Below are positions 38,305-48,530 of a DNA stretch of 64,000 nucleotides, one piece after another. Position numbers and translations under genes: made by a program. Origin of the DNA: Mustelus asterias (lineage: Eukaryota); assembly GCF_964213995.1 (NCBI RefSeq), contig NC_135807.1:61628001-61692000 (forward strand), given 5' to 3'. The notes beneath the pieces are model-generated. The model was not told where the DNA came from. It did no database searches and was given only the letters and a program-made list of their open reading frames with translations. Positions within the stretch are counted from its first letter, which is position 1. Every line of letters starts with the position of its first letter.

Positions 38305-38360
38305 GAACATCTTCTAATTGTTGAATTCTCAATTTTACTTCTAATTTATTTTGGGAGTAG

Positions 38361-38454
38361 GTTGGAACTTTGTCGAATCTTGGAAAATGAAATGCTTTTT
38401 GAAACCCAAAATGAGGGGAATTACAAACAACATGTTCAGATTAACTACAATGAG
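38361..38454 (+). CDS. CLC exon, end of CBS1 and linker
   Basis: TTTATTTTGGGAGTAG| ... |GTGAGG; 94 bp, phase 2-0; (R)LELCRILENEMLFETQNEGNYKQHVQINYNE continues GSITR in frame. Confidence 0.75.
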
Positions 38455-38464
38455 GTGAGGATTG

Positions 38465-38552
38465 CCTTGATCAGCTGTGATCACATTGAATGGTGGTGCA
38501 GGCTCGAAGGCCCCAGTGGCCAACTCCTGCACCCACTTTCTATGTTTCTGTG
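38465..38552 (+). mobile_element. CR1/HER1 3' tail just after the donor site
   Basis: GATCACATTGAATGGTGGTGCAGGCTCGAAGG...GGCCAACTCCTGC...TTCTATGTTTCT. Confidence 0.7.
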
Positions 38553-40238
38553 AATGATCACAGAAAGTAATAATATTCATCTTCTCCAGTGCCCACTTGC
38601 CTTATGAACTCAACTTCTCGGTGCCTTAATTTTTATTCCTCATTTAGATCTTGCTCGCCAAGATTCCCACTTGTTCCGGGCAGCAAGTGGCAAAATATCA
38701 TATCGCCCAAATGCTACCCGCTGACATCAGAACTGTGTTGGGAATGCATCCAGCCATTGTGCAGGGTTTTCTTGGGAATTTGGGATGCTATGGGGAAAGG
38801 AGGGGTGTGTGGAACATACTGCTGCGGGTGAAACCTACACTATAATACTTCCCAGTTTTGTAGATGTGCTAGCTGGCATAAACCATAGGGGTGAACTGTA
38901 CACCTTTTGTGTTACTGTACATCCCTGGCAGCCCTTCTCTGCCATTGCTCTCTATCAAGCTAAGTACTTGGGGAGGATTGAAAATTGTCATCAGATTTCC
39001 AACAGAGAAACCCAGCTTGCATCTGAACCTCAACATCCCAGGTAACAACTTGTCTCAGCTACAGCATATTTTTTTATAAGAACAGTTGGAGGCATGAAGA
39101 TTACAATTTGCCACACTAATCCTCTAATGAACAATTCCACAGGAACTGACAAAAACAAGAGTCATATATGCCTTCAGTGACACATAATGCCCTCAATGTG
39201 GAAACTTATGAGAAGCGATTATAACAATAGCTAGGCACTATTGCAAATCTGCTGGTGGCATGAAGGGGTCTGCTGATAGCAATTTCTAGGCTACTGCATT
39301 GAAATGCTCTTAAAATTAAGCATGTTTTCAATAGCAATTGAATTCATATGCTGCAGGATAAATTATTGGGTCCATAACCATAACTATATTCTTAAATGAC
39401 TTAACAGTTGCATTGAACTGTGACTTACATCACATACTTTTTATTACTCTGACCTAAATGGCTAGAAGGGTATGAGACAGGATGGTTACCATTAAGGGCA
39501 GTGTGTAGACCAACACAAGAGAGTTATTTATTTAATCTGTACACATGAACTACAGGAAACATGATAGCAACCCTTGGGCATTAGGCCCATTCCCTCACTA
39601 ATATTACCTAATGGATACCGTATGTATTCTGTATTTGAATGTGATTCTGATTTTTGTTTCAAATATCAATGCCCAGTGTTCAGACTGTGCATCTGCAGAT
39701 ACTGGGGCTGAAAGTCTGCAATGTTGTTTGTGCTGCAATAATTCCACCAGATCAACACTTCTGCCCACTCATGAATTAAACTTCTATCCTGTCAAAATTC
39801 ACAGGATTGGCTCATTTTCATCAACCAAAAGTGTATCCCTCATGTAACCTGGTAATGAATTACTGGGAAGGGGAGGGGGGGGGGGGGAAGGAAACTTGTT
39901 GCAGGATTTAAAAGCTGGAGTGAACCTACAGACCACATGCAGCACATTTATATTTCACTTTAGAAGACTCTAGGTTGCAAAAATGTCTGGAGTGACATTT
40001 CAAATCTCTGAATTTATCATACCCTGTTCATGTTCCCAGTTAAGTGGATTCTGCCATTGTTATTAGCATAGGAGAGGCTCATGCATGAGGACTGCGGGAG
40101 TGTATAATGGAAAGGATGTGGAGATGCTGGGGTTGGATTGGGGTGGGCACAGTAAGAAGTCTCACAACAGCAGGTTGAAGTCCAACAGGTTTATTTGGAA
40201 TTACAAGATTTCGGAGTGCTGCTCCTTCATCAGGTGAG

Positions 40239-40367
40239 TGCTTTTCGAAACCCAAAATGAGGGGAACTACAAGCAACATGCTCAGATTAACTACAATGTG
40301 GTGAGAATTGCCATGATCAGCCGTGATCACATTGAATGGTGGTACAGGCTCGAAGGGCCGAATGGCC
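40239..40367 (+). pseudogene. Captured copy of CLC exon 3' part, donor site and intron start (source 38393-38521)
   Basis: Ungapped 129-bp alignment with ~12 mismatches. Confidence 0.9.
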
Positions 40368-40368
40368 C

Positions 40369-40405
40369 TCACCTGATGAAGGCGCAGCGCTCTGAAAGCT
40401 CGTGA
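40369..40405 (+). ncRNA. Minimal type I hammerhead ribozyme motif, partly decayed; mirror copy on minus strand at 40201-40237
   Basis: TCAC-CTGATGA-A-GGCGC-AGC-GCTCT-GAAA-GC-TC-GTGA: stem I TCAC/GTGA, both core boxes, palindromic AGCT helix III, one stem II mismatch. Confidence 0.65.
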
Positions 40406-41544
40406 TTCCAAATAAACCTGTTGGACTTTAACCTGGTATTGTGAGATTTCTTACAATGGAAAGGATGACAGGCAAAGTAGACAAGTCATTCTCCAGTGCT
40501 GGTTGTCTATTCAGAGCAGGGCCAACGTATGTGCTTTTTCTCCATATTTCCATAGAAAATATTCACTGATCTAAGGAAAGAATAGTTCACATATATATTA
40601 TTGTAGTCAGACATGTATTTATTTTTGATTTTTAAGCAGTCTTGTAACAATTTCCTGTCTTACATATTTGCCTTTATATGCCACTTAGAATTTCTGATGT
40701 TCTAAACTTTCCCCATACATGCACCAACCCACAAGTTGTTACCTTCGAGCTGAATTCTAAATTATGTTTAAGTTGTGTGGTTGTGTCGAAGCAAATAAAG
40801 AAACAGCACTACTGCTCTATGCTGCTGGACCTAACAAATTCAATGCCATAGTTAAGGATAGTGCTACAAATTCCATGAACTCACCAGGTGTCAAAGATAG
40901 GAGAGCATGAGACCAAGGAGGTTCTGAGCAAAGAGTTCAGCAGGGGGTTCTGAGTTCAAAGTTTGACTGACAGTTTAAAGAGTTTAGTAAAGGATTAGCT
41001 AACCTTGATGTGAATTCCAAATAGAAGTTTGTTTGTATAAGAAAATAACCACTAAGGAGATTTAAAAGCTTTGACTAGGCTTTATGAATGGGAGATGTGT
41101 TTCACTATCAAGTATGTAGGAGTGAGAACTGCATAAGATTGTTAGAAGTTTATTTTTTTACTTCTCCTGTGGTCTGTCCATGGTGGATACTGGGTGAGTG
41201 ACTATGGAGTTGGAAGGTATAATGGGCCACTGGGACATGAGTTGGTATTGAGTTGGCATTGATGAGCTGTGGGGTTGTGGGGGGGGGTTATGAAATGGTA
41301 TTGAGATGATATGGGGGGTATGAGGGACAATAGGAGTGAATGGGATTCAGGAGTTGGCATTGTTGGCATGGAGGGTATGAGGGTCCAGGATAGTGGTTGG
41401 AGGGTGGATGTTGAAGTGAGGGAGTGAGGGGTCAGGGCTAAAAGGCTTAAAATTCTATTACTGAGTGAGTCGGGATATTTCCCAACTTGTGCTACCTGCC
41501 TTGGTAGCCAAAATCAGTCCCCTGGTGTTTGTTTCTACGTGTGC

Positions 41545-42732
41545 ATTGATGAGCTTTACCTCACTGTCAACTCTCTAACCCTTTGAAAGTCTCTAAGTGA
41601 TCAGACTGCTTGTCCAACATCCAATACTGGACGAGCAGAATATTCCTCCAACTAAATATTGGGAAGAACAAAGCCAATGTCCCTGCCACAAATGTTATTC
41701 CCTGGCGACTGACTGAATCTGTCTCTCTGGCAAATGTCTGATGGCAACCTTGTTATCATACATGATCCTGAGATGAGCTTCTGAGTTCATACCCATCCCA
41801 TCACTCGGACCATCTAATTCCACTTCCATAATGTCACCAGAGTCTGCCCCTGATTCAGTGCAGCTGCTGTTGAAACCCTCTTTCATGCCTCTAGACTGAA
41901 CTATTTCAATGCACTCCTGGCTCACCTCCTATATTTTGCCCTCCTTAAACGTGAACGTATTCAAAATCTGCTGCCCTTGTCCTAACCAGCACCATGTCAC
42001 ATTCACCAATCACTCCTGTGTTCACTGACTTATAATGGCTCCCAGATAAGCAGCAGCATTAGAACATAGAACAGTACAGCACAGAACAGGCCCTTCGGCC
42101 CACGATGTTGTGCCGAGCTTTATCTGAAACCAAGATCAAGCTATCCCACTCCCTATCATCCTGGTGTGCTCCATGTGCCTATCCAATAACCGCTTAAATG
42201 TTCCTAAAGTGTCTGACTCCACTATCACTGCAGGCAGTCCATTCCACACCCCAACCACTCTCTGCGTAAAGAACCTACCTCTGATATCCTTCCTATATCT
42301 CCCACCATGAACCCTATAGTTATGTCCCCTTGTAATAGCTCCATCCACCCGAGGAAATAGTCTTTGAGCATTGTTTTAAAATTCCCATCTCTGTTTTCAA
42401 ATTCCACAGAGAACTCACCTCATCCTATCTCTGTAACCTTCTCCAGCCCTACAACTCTCTGAAGTACCTGCACTCATGCAATTCCGACCTCTTGTGCGTT
42501 GTCCAACTGTGCCTTCAACAGCCAAGGTCCTAAGTTCTGGAATTTCCTCCTCAAATCTCTCTGCCTCTTCATCTCTCTTTCTGGCTTGAAGGCATTTCTT
42601 AAAACTTTAGCTTCGGTCATGTCCTAAACAGTTTTATTCTGGCTCAATGTCAAATTTTGTTTGACAGTGCTCATGTGAAGTGTCTTGGGATATTTTACTA
42701 TGTTAAAAGCTCTATATAAATCTGAGCTGTTT
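41545..42732 (+). mobile_element. L2-clade LINE 3' part, interrupted by CR1 tail
   Basis: DCLSNIQYWTSRIFLQLNIGK and ETLFHASRLNYFNALLA match L2 RT motifs; tail GTGAAGTGTCTTGGGA...CTATATAAAT. Confidence 0.75.
42060..42367 (-). mobile_element. CR1 3' end
   Basis: ORF 42136-42348 TRGHNYRV...FFTQRVVGVWNGLP. Confidence 0.88.
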
Positions 42733-42772
42733 TTTAAAATTCTGAGTCTTGTTCTTTGTAATTTATGAATAG

Positions 42773-42865
42773 ATATCAGTCAAGTTGCTGAACTCAACAA
42801 AGATAAATCTTCTCCTGAATAAGTACAGAACTGACAACCGATATAAGGACTACTATGTCAATCTG
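42773..42865 (+). CDS. CLC exon, CBS1-CBS2 linker
   Basis: TCTTGTTCTTTGTAATTTATGAATAG| ... |GTAAGC; 93 bp, phase 0-0; ISVKLLNSTKINLLLNKYRTDNRYKDYYVNL joins KPYINQS to give the CLC motif (I/V)xLxPYxNxS. Confidence 0.8.
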
Positions 42866-43524
42866 GTAAGCAGTGAGCCAATTGTACAAAAATCTGCAAT
42901 CAGAGTGTTGACTCTATGTCATTATTTACTGAGCATTTTTGTATGAGCAATAGGGTTTTACATAGACAGTAATTGAATCATTTGTCTGTTGTTTTGTAAT
43001 GGGTTTTGTTAGTCCATAACAGTCTTGTGAAGTTTAAGAGTCTACCTTTATTAGTTATTATACTTCAAACAGAAGACTATCTTGAATACGAAGCTCTAAC
43101 CTTTTTGTTCATTAATGTTGAAAATCTAACTGGTGTAGTTCTTTCAGGAACACGTAACATGTTTATAGTAAATTCCCGCATTCTCCACAAGACTGAGCAT
43201 CACTTATTTCAGTCTATTATGTGATAGTAAATCATTCTGATATTATTATCATTCATGTTCTCTGAACTGTCTACAGTTTGCTCCCTCAATTTTCTTTCGA
43301 CTCTTTGGAGTTTATAATACACACTAAGCACAGTATAATTTCCCTATTGATTTCTTAATTCTATTTATAAGGATTCAATATTGTTATAACCCATTAGATA
43401 TCCTTACTTTCTAAGGCTGTTATGGAATTTTTTATTAATGTAACCATTCCCACAGCTCCCCTACCCACCACTCCCCAATCATATTTCTCTCTTTCTCCTG
43501 AAAATGTTACAGCTATGAATATTA

Positions 43525-43710
43525 ACATAAGACACAACATAAGAACTAGGAGCAGGAGTAGGCAATTTAGCCCTTCGAGCTTGCTCCACCATTTAATACG
43601 ATCGTGGCTGATCTCATCTCAGACTCAACTCCACTTTCCTGCCCACTCACCATAGCCCTTCAAACCCTTACTTATTAAAAATCAGTTCACCTCTTCTTAA
43701 ATTTAATCAC
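43525..43710 (-). mobile_element. HER1/CR1 3' tail
   Basis: ACATAAGAACTAGGAGCAGGAGTAGGC... Confidence 0.8.
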
Positions 43711-43851
43711 TTCATTCCCCATGCCTATTATGAGATACATATGTAATCATAGTTTTGGTTATAAACCTTTCACTGATAAGTATTTTTCTTTGCTGTTAGT
43801 TCTTCTGTCATTAGCTTTCTCATCCAAGATTTTACTTCAGTAATGCACAAT

Positions 43852-44140
43852 ACTATGAACCATAGAACAATTGAAAGATTACACTGTAGAAGGAGGCCAT
43901 TCAGCCTGTTGTGTCTGCGCCAGCCAACAAATGGATAAAAAGAAACTAGCTGCTTATTTTAATTCCCATTTTCCACCACGTTACAGATCCAGATCCAGAT
44001 CCAGGTACTTGTTAAATGAGTTGAGCATTTCAGCCTCAACCATCAGCTTAGGCAGTGAGTTCCAGACGCCCATCTCCCTCTGGGTGAAAAAGGTTTTCCT
44101 CATGCCCGCTCTAATCCTTCTTTCATTCATCCTACATCCA
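43852..44140 (-). mobile_element. Old CR1 3' fragment
   Basis: GAAGGAGGCCATTCAGCC, GGCAGTGAGTTCCAGA...CTCTGGGTGAAAAAG. Confidence 0.65.
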
Positions 44141-44944
44141 TAAAGTTATCACAATTCAACAGAAAAGAGAAAAAAGAACTTTCAGTCGTTATGGCTAATG
44201 TTTAGTCGGCAAATTATCCCTTTCTACAGTTTCTTCAACAGTTTTTCCTGTCTTTTGTGTCTGCTGATGTATAATTACTTCTTAATGTTTTGATTCTGAA
44301 TCTTGGATCTTAATTAGCTTTAACAAGCATAATGTCAATTAGGTAGCAGTCTCCAGTTATATTTAATTGCTTTCCAGAAAGCTTGAGAAAATCCCTCATG
44401 TTTGATCCATCTTATCGGACTTCTGGAGTTCTGATCACACATTCTTGTAGTGTTCTGCTGAACCTAGGTCGCTTATGTTAAGGTGGTGGAATTGGGCTCC
44501 GTAATGCCAGTATTTGGGTGTTACACAGCTCCCCGAAGTATCGGAAATTGCATTTTTGTCACACGCATCACTTCTGATGGGAAATGCAGCAGATAGCACC
44601 TTTATAAAAGTGTTTACACACATGTACCCAATGTCCATCAGCAGCACGCAGAACAGGCAGATCATGACAATCGTCAGTGTCCCACACTGATTTGACATTA
44701 GTGCTGCAGTTTTGAGTTCCACTCTCCAGACCATCCCCTCATACAGCTGAACACGTTGTTAAATAACATGAAGGTCCTACCACCAGTATTATTTAAAGGG
44801 ATCATCAACTACTTGCAAGTTAGTTGGCAGGAGCTGCAATTCTATGCATTTTGGATGATTCTCCTAGTTGGAGAAGGAGGTGGAGAAATGTGCTCAGCAG
44901 AAGAAAGATGGCACTTATGGAGCAATTCTCATAACTGAACTATT

Positions 44945-45360
44945 TCCTGCACTCCATCCCTGTACTTGGAGTTATACTCTTGACATTGATATCTGTGGCT
45001 ATCTCTTGACTGTGCCACATAAGCAAGTGCCTGGAGGACCCTGAGGATACAAGCCACATCTCCTTCTTTCCAATTCTTCATTAAAGACTTTCAGTGCGGT
45101 GACCAAACATCTGCACACTCCCGTAGTTAGCCATTGTTGATTGTAAAGTAATTCCTAATGATCTCAGCACCTTGCGCAATCACAATGCACTTACCTTTAA
45201 GGGATGCAGACTAGTTTTAAGTAGTGCTAGACATTCAAGATATTGCCCCTCCTCCTGCTGCTGGGTGCAACTAATGAACAACGTGAGGATCACTGGTTGC
45301 ACATGGAGATCATGGCAATGCATAGGCAACTCTAAATTGGCATCCTACCTCAATTGTTCA
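44945..45360 (+). mobile_element. Possible ancient Ingi/Vingi-like LINE fragment
   Basis: YLELYS/LGVIL then LVLSSA...YCP...VQLMNNVRITGC loosely resembles LALVYSxAEYC...LNxxMRIITG. Confidence 0.3.
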
Positions 45361-45399
45361 TGGTGTGCATCATTACAACATATTACAACATATTTACAT

Positions 45400-47035
45400 C
45401 AGTGAAACAAGTCTTTTGTCTCAACTAGCCTATGGCTCCTCCCCCTCCTCCATCTAAATCCATCAATTTTTTTTCTTTCACATGCTTATTTAATTTCCTC
45501 TTGAATGCATCTATTACTCATCTCAACTGTTTACTGTGATGATGAGCTCTACATTCTAACTATTTCCTGAGAAGTCCCTCCTGAATTTCCTATTGAACTT
45601 ATTAGTAACCACATTATATTTATAGCAACTGGATTGTTCTGCTCTCCCTACAAGTGGAAACATTGCCGCGATTCTCACAAAAGCGCTGAATTGGCGGGAA
45701 AACAGCAGTGGCGATTCCCCCCACCCCCTCACCCCAGCAGACCTCCCCCACTGACTCTCCCCCCAACCAGGGTCAGATCCCCCCCCCCACCCCCTGGGAA
45801 GGCAGGCCCCTCCCCCCAGCAGACCACTCCTTCGCCCACCCCAATCGCTGCCCTCCCTCCATCCCAGACTGATCCCCATGCAGAGTGGAAGCGGGACCCC
45901 CTTACCTTCACCAATTGCCGCTATGCCGTGCCCACAATAGGCCCCATTCCCTTGGCACTGCCCGATGCCCAATGGGCAGTGCCAGAGTGTCCCCAGGCAT
46001 GGGCACTTTGCCCCTTGGGCAGTGTTGGGGACACAGGCTGGCACTGCCAAGGTTCCCATGCCCAGGGGGCACCACCCCCCGGCGCCCGACTCTCTGGGGG
46101 GCCCCGATTGCCCCCCTTTCATTCCAGCGGGGTCTCCCGCTAGTTCCCCGAACGTGGGGAGCTACTCTAAACCCTGCCGAAATGAAGTACTCCTGGCGGG
46201 GTGGGAGATTCAATCGGGACCAGTAGGTTCCTGATAATTAGACTTAAAAGACATTTAAAACATATTAAAAACAGATTCAAATGACTTACCTGCCTTCCCG
46301 CCACTTTGCAGCGTGGTCTGACTGGCAACTGTTCTCTGACTCTGGGAGATGCGCATGTGTTCCCGGCTCATGTGCAAATCCCTGTTCAAGGCTGTCGACG
46401 CGCATCTCCTACTCCGACTCGCCAGAAAAGTTGTGGATCGTGATGGGAGAATTGTGGCCATGGAGTTGGGGGGAGGGGGGGGGGGGGTGGGCGGGCTAGA
46501 CATCGGGGTGCTCTGGAGCAGGGGGGTCAGGGCTGGCCCATCAGTTGTTGTGGGGGCCGCGATCGGGCCATGGGGGGGCTGGAGGGGCAGCACTGTGGGG
46601 GTCCCAGGCTGGCCAGCGATCATGCGCAGTGTTCCAGGACCGTCAGACTCCGGTGCAAAAAGCACCCCCCTCCCCGGGTTTGTGATGAGATTCATGATAG
46701 GGACTTCTGCAGTGCACAGAGTGGGGAAATTCGGGTGAGAAGTTGAACTGACAAAACAGTTGGGATCTAGAGCAGTTTTCTCGCCAGTTCAGCGCTTTTG
46801 GGAGAATCGCAGCCATTGTCTCTACATCTATCCTATCAAAATCCTTTCATAATCTGGAGATTTCTATTTGGTAACCACTCAGCCTTCCTTCTTTGGAGAG
46901 AAGAACTGTAGCCAAATTAATCTTTTCTGATTGAATTAACCTCACAGTCCTGGTGTAATCCTAGTCATTTTTTTGCAACTTTGCCAGTGACTCCATAGCC
47001 ATTTTGTAATATGGAGGCTAAAACTGCTCACAGTC
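45400..47035 (-). mobile_element. Old CR1 fragment split by a TIR element
   Basis: ACAAGTGGAAACATT | GTCTCTACATCTATCCTATCAAAATCCTTTCATAAT rejoin into a continuous CR1 segment. Confidence 0.6.
45665..46813. mobile_element. GC-rich non-autonomous DNA transposon (~1.15 kb), probably PIF/Harbinger-like
   Basis: ~38-bp imperfect TIRs GCCGCGATTCTCACAAAAGCGCTGAATTGGCGGGAAAAC / GTTTTCTCGCCAGTTCAGCGCTTTTGGGAGAATCGCAGC; flanked by CATT on both sides. Confidence 0.8.
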
Positions 47036-47286
47036 GAAGGACATGGGATTCTTTATGGACTTTATATACTGTTTTGTTTAACTGTGCTGATTTTGGAAAT
47101 CTTTGATCTGATATTATCTGCACACGGATTCAATTATACGGCGAACTACCTCTTTAAGGCTGCCATTAACTATTGTTTCCAGTTTGATAAATTGTCTAGA
47201 TAATTTATGTTACCTGAAGATACCTGTCTTTTGTTGAGAACAGCTATTAGTCAGTCTTCCTCAGCTCTTTTGTCTATTGCCTGTAG

Positions 47287-47505
47287 AAACCATACATCAA
47301 CCAATCAGCAATGACAGTCCATGCTCATTTTTCTCTCCAACGAACTTATATCATTTTCCGAACACTGGGACTCCGACACTTGACTGTTGTTGACTTGAGA
47401 AACCGTGTCCTTGGCATCATTACACGGAAAGATCTGATGGCATTCCGACTTGAAGAGAAATTGCTTCAATCTGAGAATTTGGAATCAGACAATGATAGAA
47501 GATAA
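47287..47505 (+). CDS. CLC chloride channel/transporter terminal coding exon, CBS2 domain
   Basis: CTCTTTTGTCTATTGCCTGTAG|; KPYINQSAMTVHAHFSLQRTYIIFRTLGLRHLTVVDLRNRVLGIITRKDL...DRR*; FRxLGLRHLxVV and GIITRKDL are ClC-6/7-type CBS2 motifs. Confidence 0.93.
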   Translation, partial: KPYINQSAMTVHAHFSLQRTYIIFRTLGLRHLTVVDLRNRVLGIITRKDLMAFRLEEKLLQSENLESDNDRR

Positions 47506-47678
47506 AAAGTTTCTGGTGGAAATCTGTGTCGACCACAATCCTCATTAAGAGGGGAAAGTAACTTAAATGTATGAATTGTTTATGATAAGTTGTTCATAGA
47601 ACATCCTCACAGCTTTGAACCTCTGCTTTTCAATTTTGCTTTGTAATAATCTCCATTTTCAGCTTTCTCCAGACAGCC

Positions 47679-48014
47679 CTAGAATCATAGATCATAGAAT
47701 CCTACAGTGCAGAAGGAGGCCATTCAGCCCATCGAGTCTGCACCAACTACAATCCCATCCAGGCCCTATCCCCTTAACCCCATCTATTTACCCTGTTAGT
47801 CCCCCCTGACATTAAGGGGCAATTTAGCATGGCCAATCCACCTAACCCACACATCTTTGGAGCGTGGGAGGAAACTGGAACACCCAGAGGAAGCCCACAC
47901 AGACACGGGGAGAGTGTGCACACTCCACAGAGACAGTGACCTAAGGCCGGAATTGAATCCAGATCCCTGGCGCCGTGAGGCAGCAGTGCTAACCACTGTG
48001 CTATTGTGCCGCCC
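47679..48014 (-). mobile_element. HE1 (V-SINE) in the presumptive 3' UTR
   Basis: Colinear with other HE1 copies. Confidence 0.9.
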
Positions 48015-48530
48015 TCAAGGGGGTGATGTCACTTAGGGAGAACACCTTCTTCAGAGATATTCAACAGTAAGGGATGTCTCTTTACCAGTCTCATAAAGAA
48101 GAATCAATTTTCTGTGTGTTAAAGTTTTTCGCAAGTGTTGACTATATAAATTCAATTAATGGCCATCATCCTACATATATTAATTCACATTTATACACCT
48201 CATTTCTTGATTGCAGTGGATTGCAACTTACATAAATGTGTGGGAGTGTGGTTTGCTGCAGATTAGCAATGAGTTTCAAGTTTTTTGGGGAAACAAAAAC
48301 AGCCTGGACAGTGCTCACATTCTTAGTCCTCAGGGTTTCTATAATTGTTGTACAATTATCTGGGATAAGTACTGAACAAGGCTTTAGTGCAAGAAATTAT
48401 TTTACATAGGAATATTTTGCCTTAGATATCAAAAAAAGCATTCTAAAATCAGAAACGACCTGAATCATGCACATTTTAGTGTGATCTTTCCTTTCTAATT
48501 TATTAAATTTACATGTTGCTATGGCTTAAA

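Larger units (their letters stand above)
40119..40454. mobile_element. Penelope-type inverted-repeat insertion carrying captured host sequence, 13-bp TSD
   Basis: AATGGAAAGGATG at 40106-40118 and 40455-40467; 87-bp inverted arms 40152-40238 and 40368-40454 (~10 mismatches); 33-nt extension on left arm only. Confidence 0.85.

Noticed and set aside
5206-48014. Antisense bias of HE1 and CR1 copies relative to the CLC gene
   Set aside because: A common intronic pattern with small counts, inflated by the duplication
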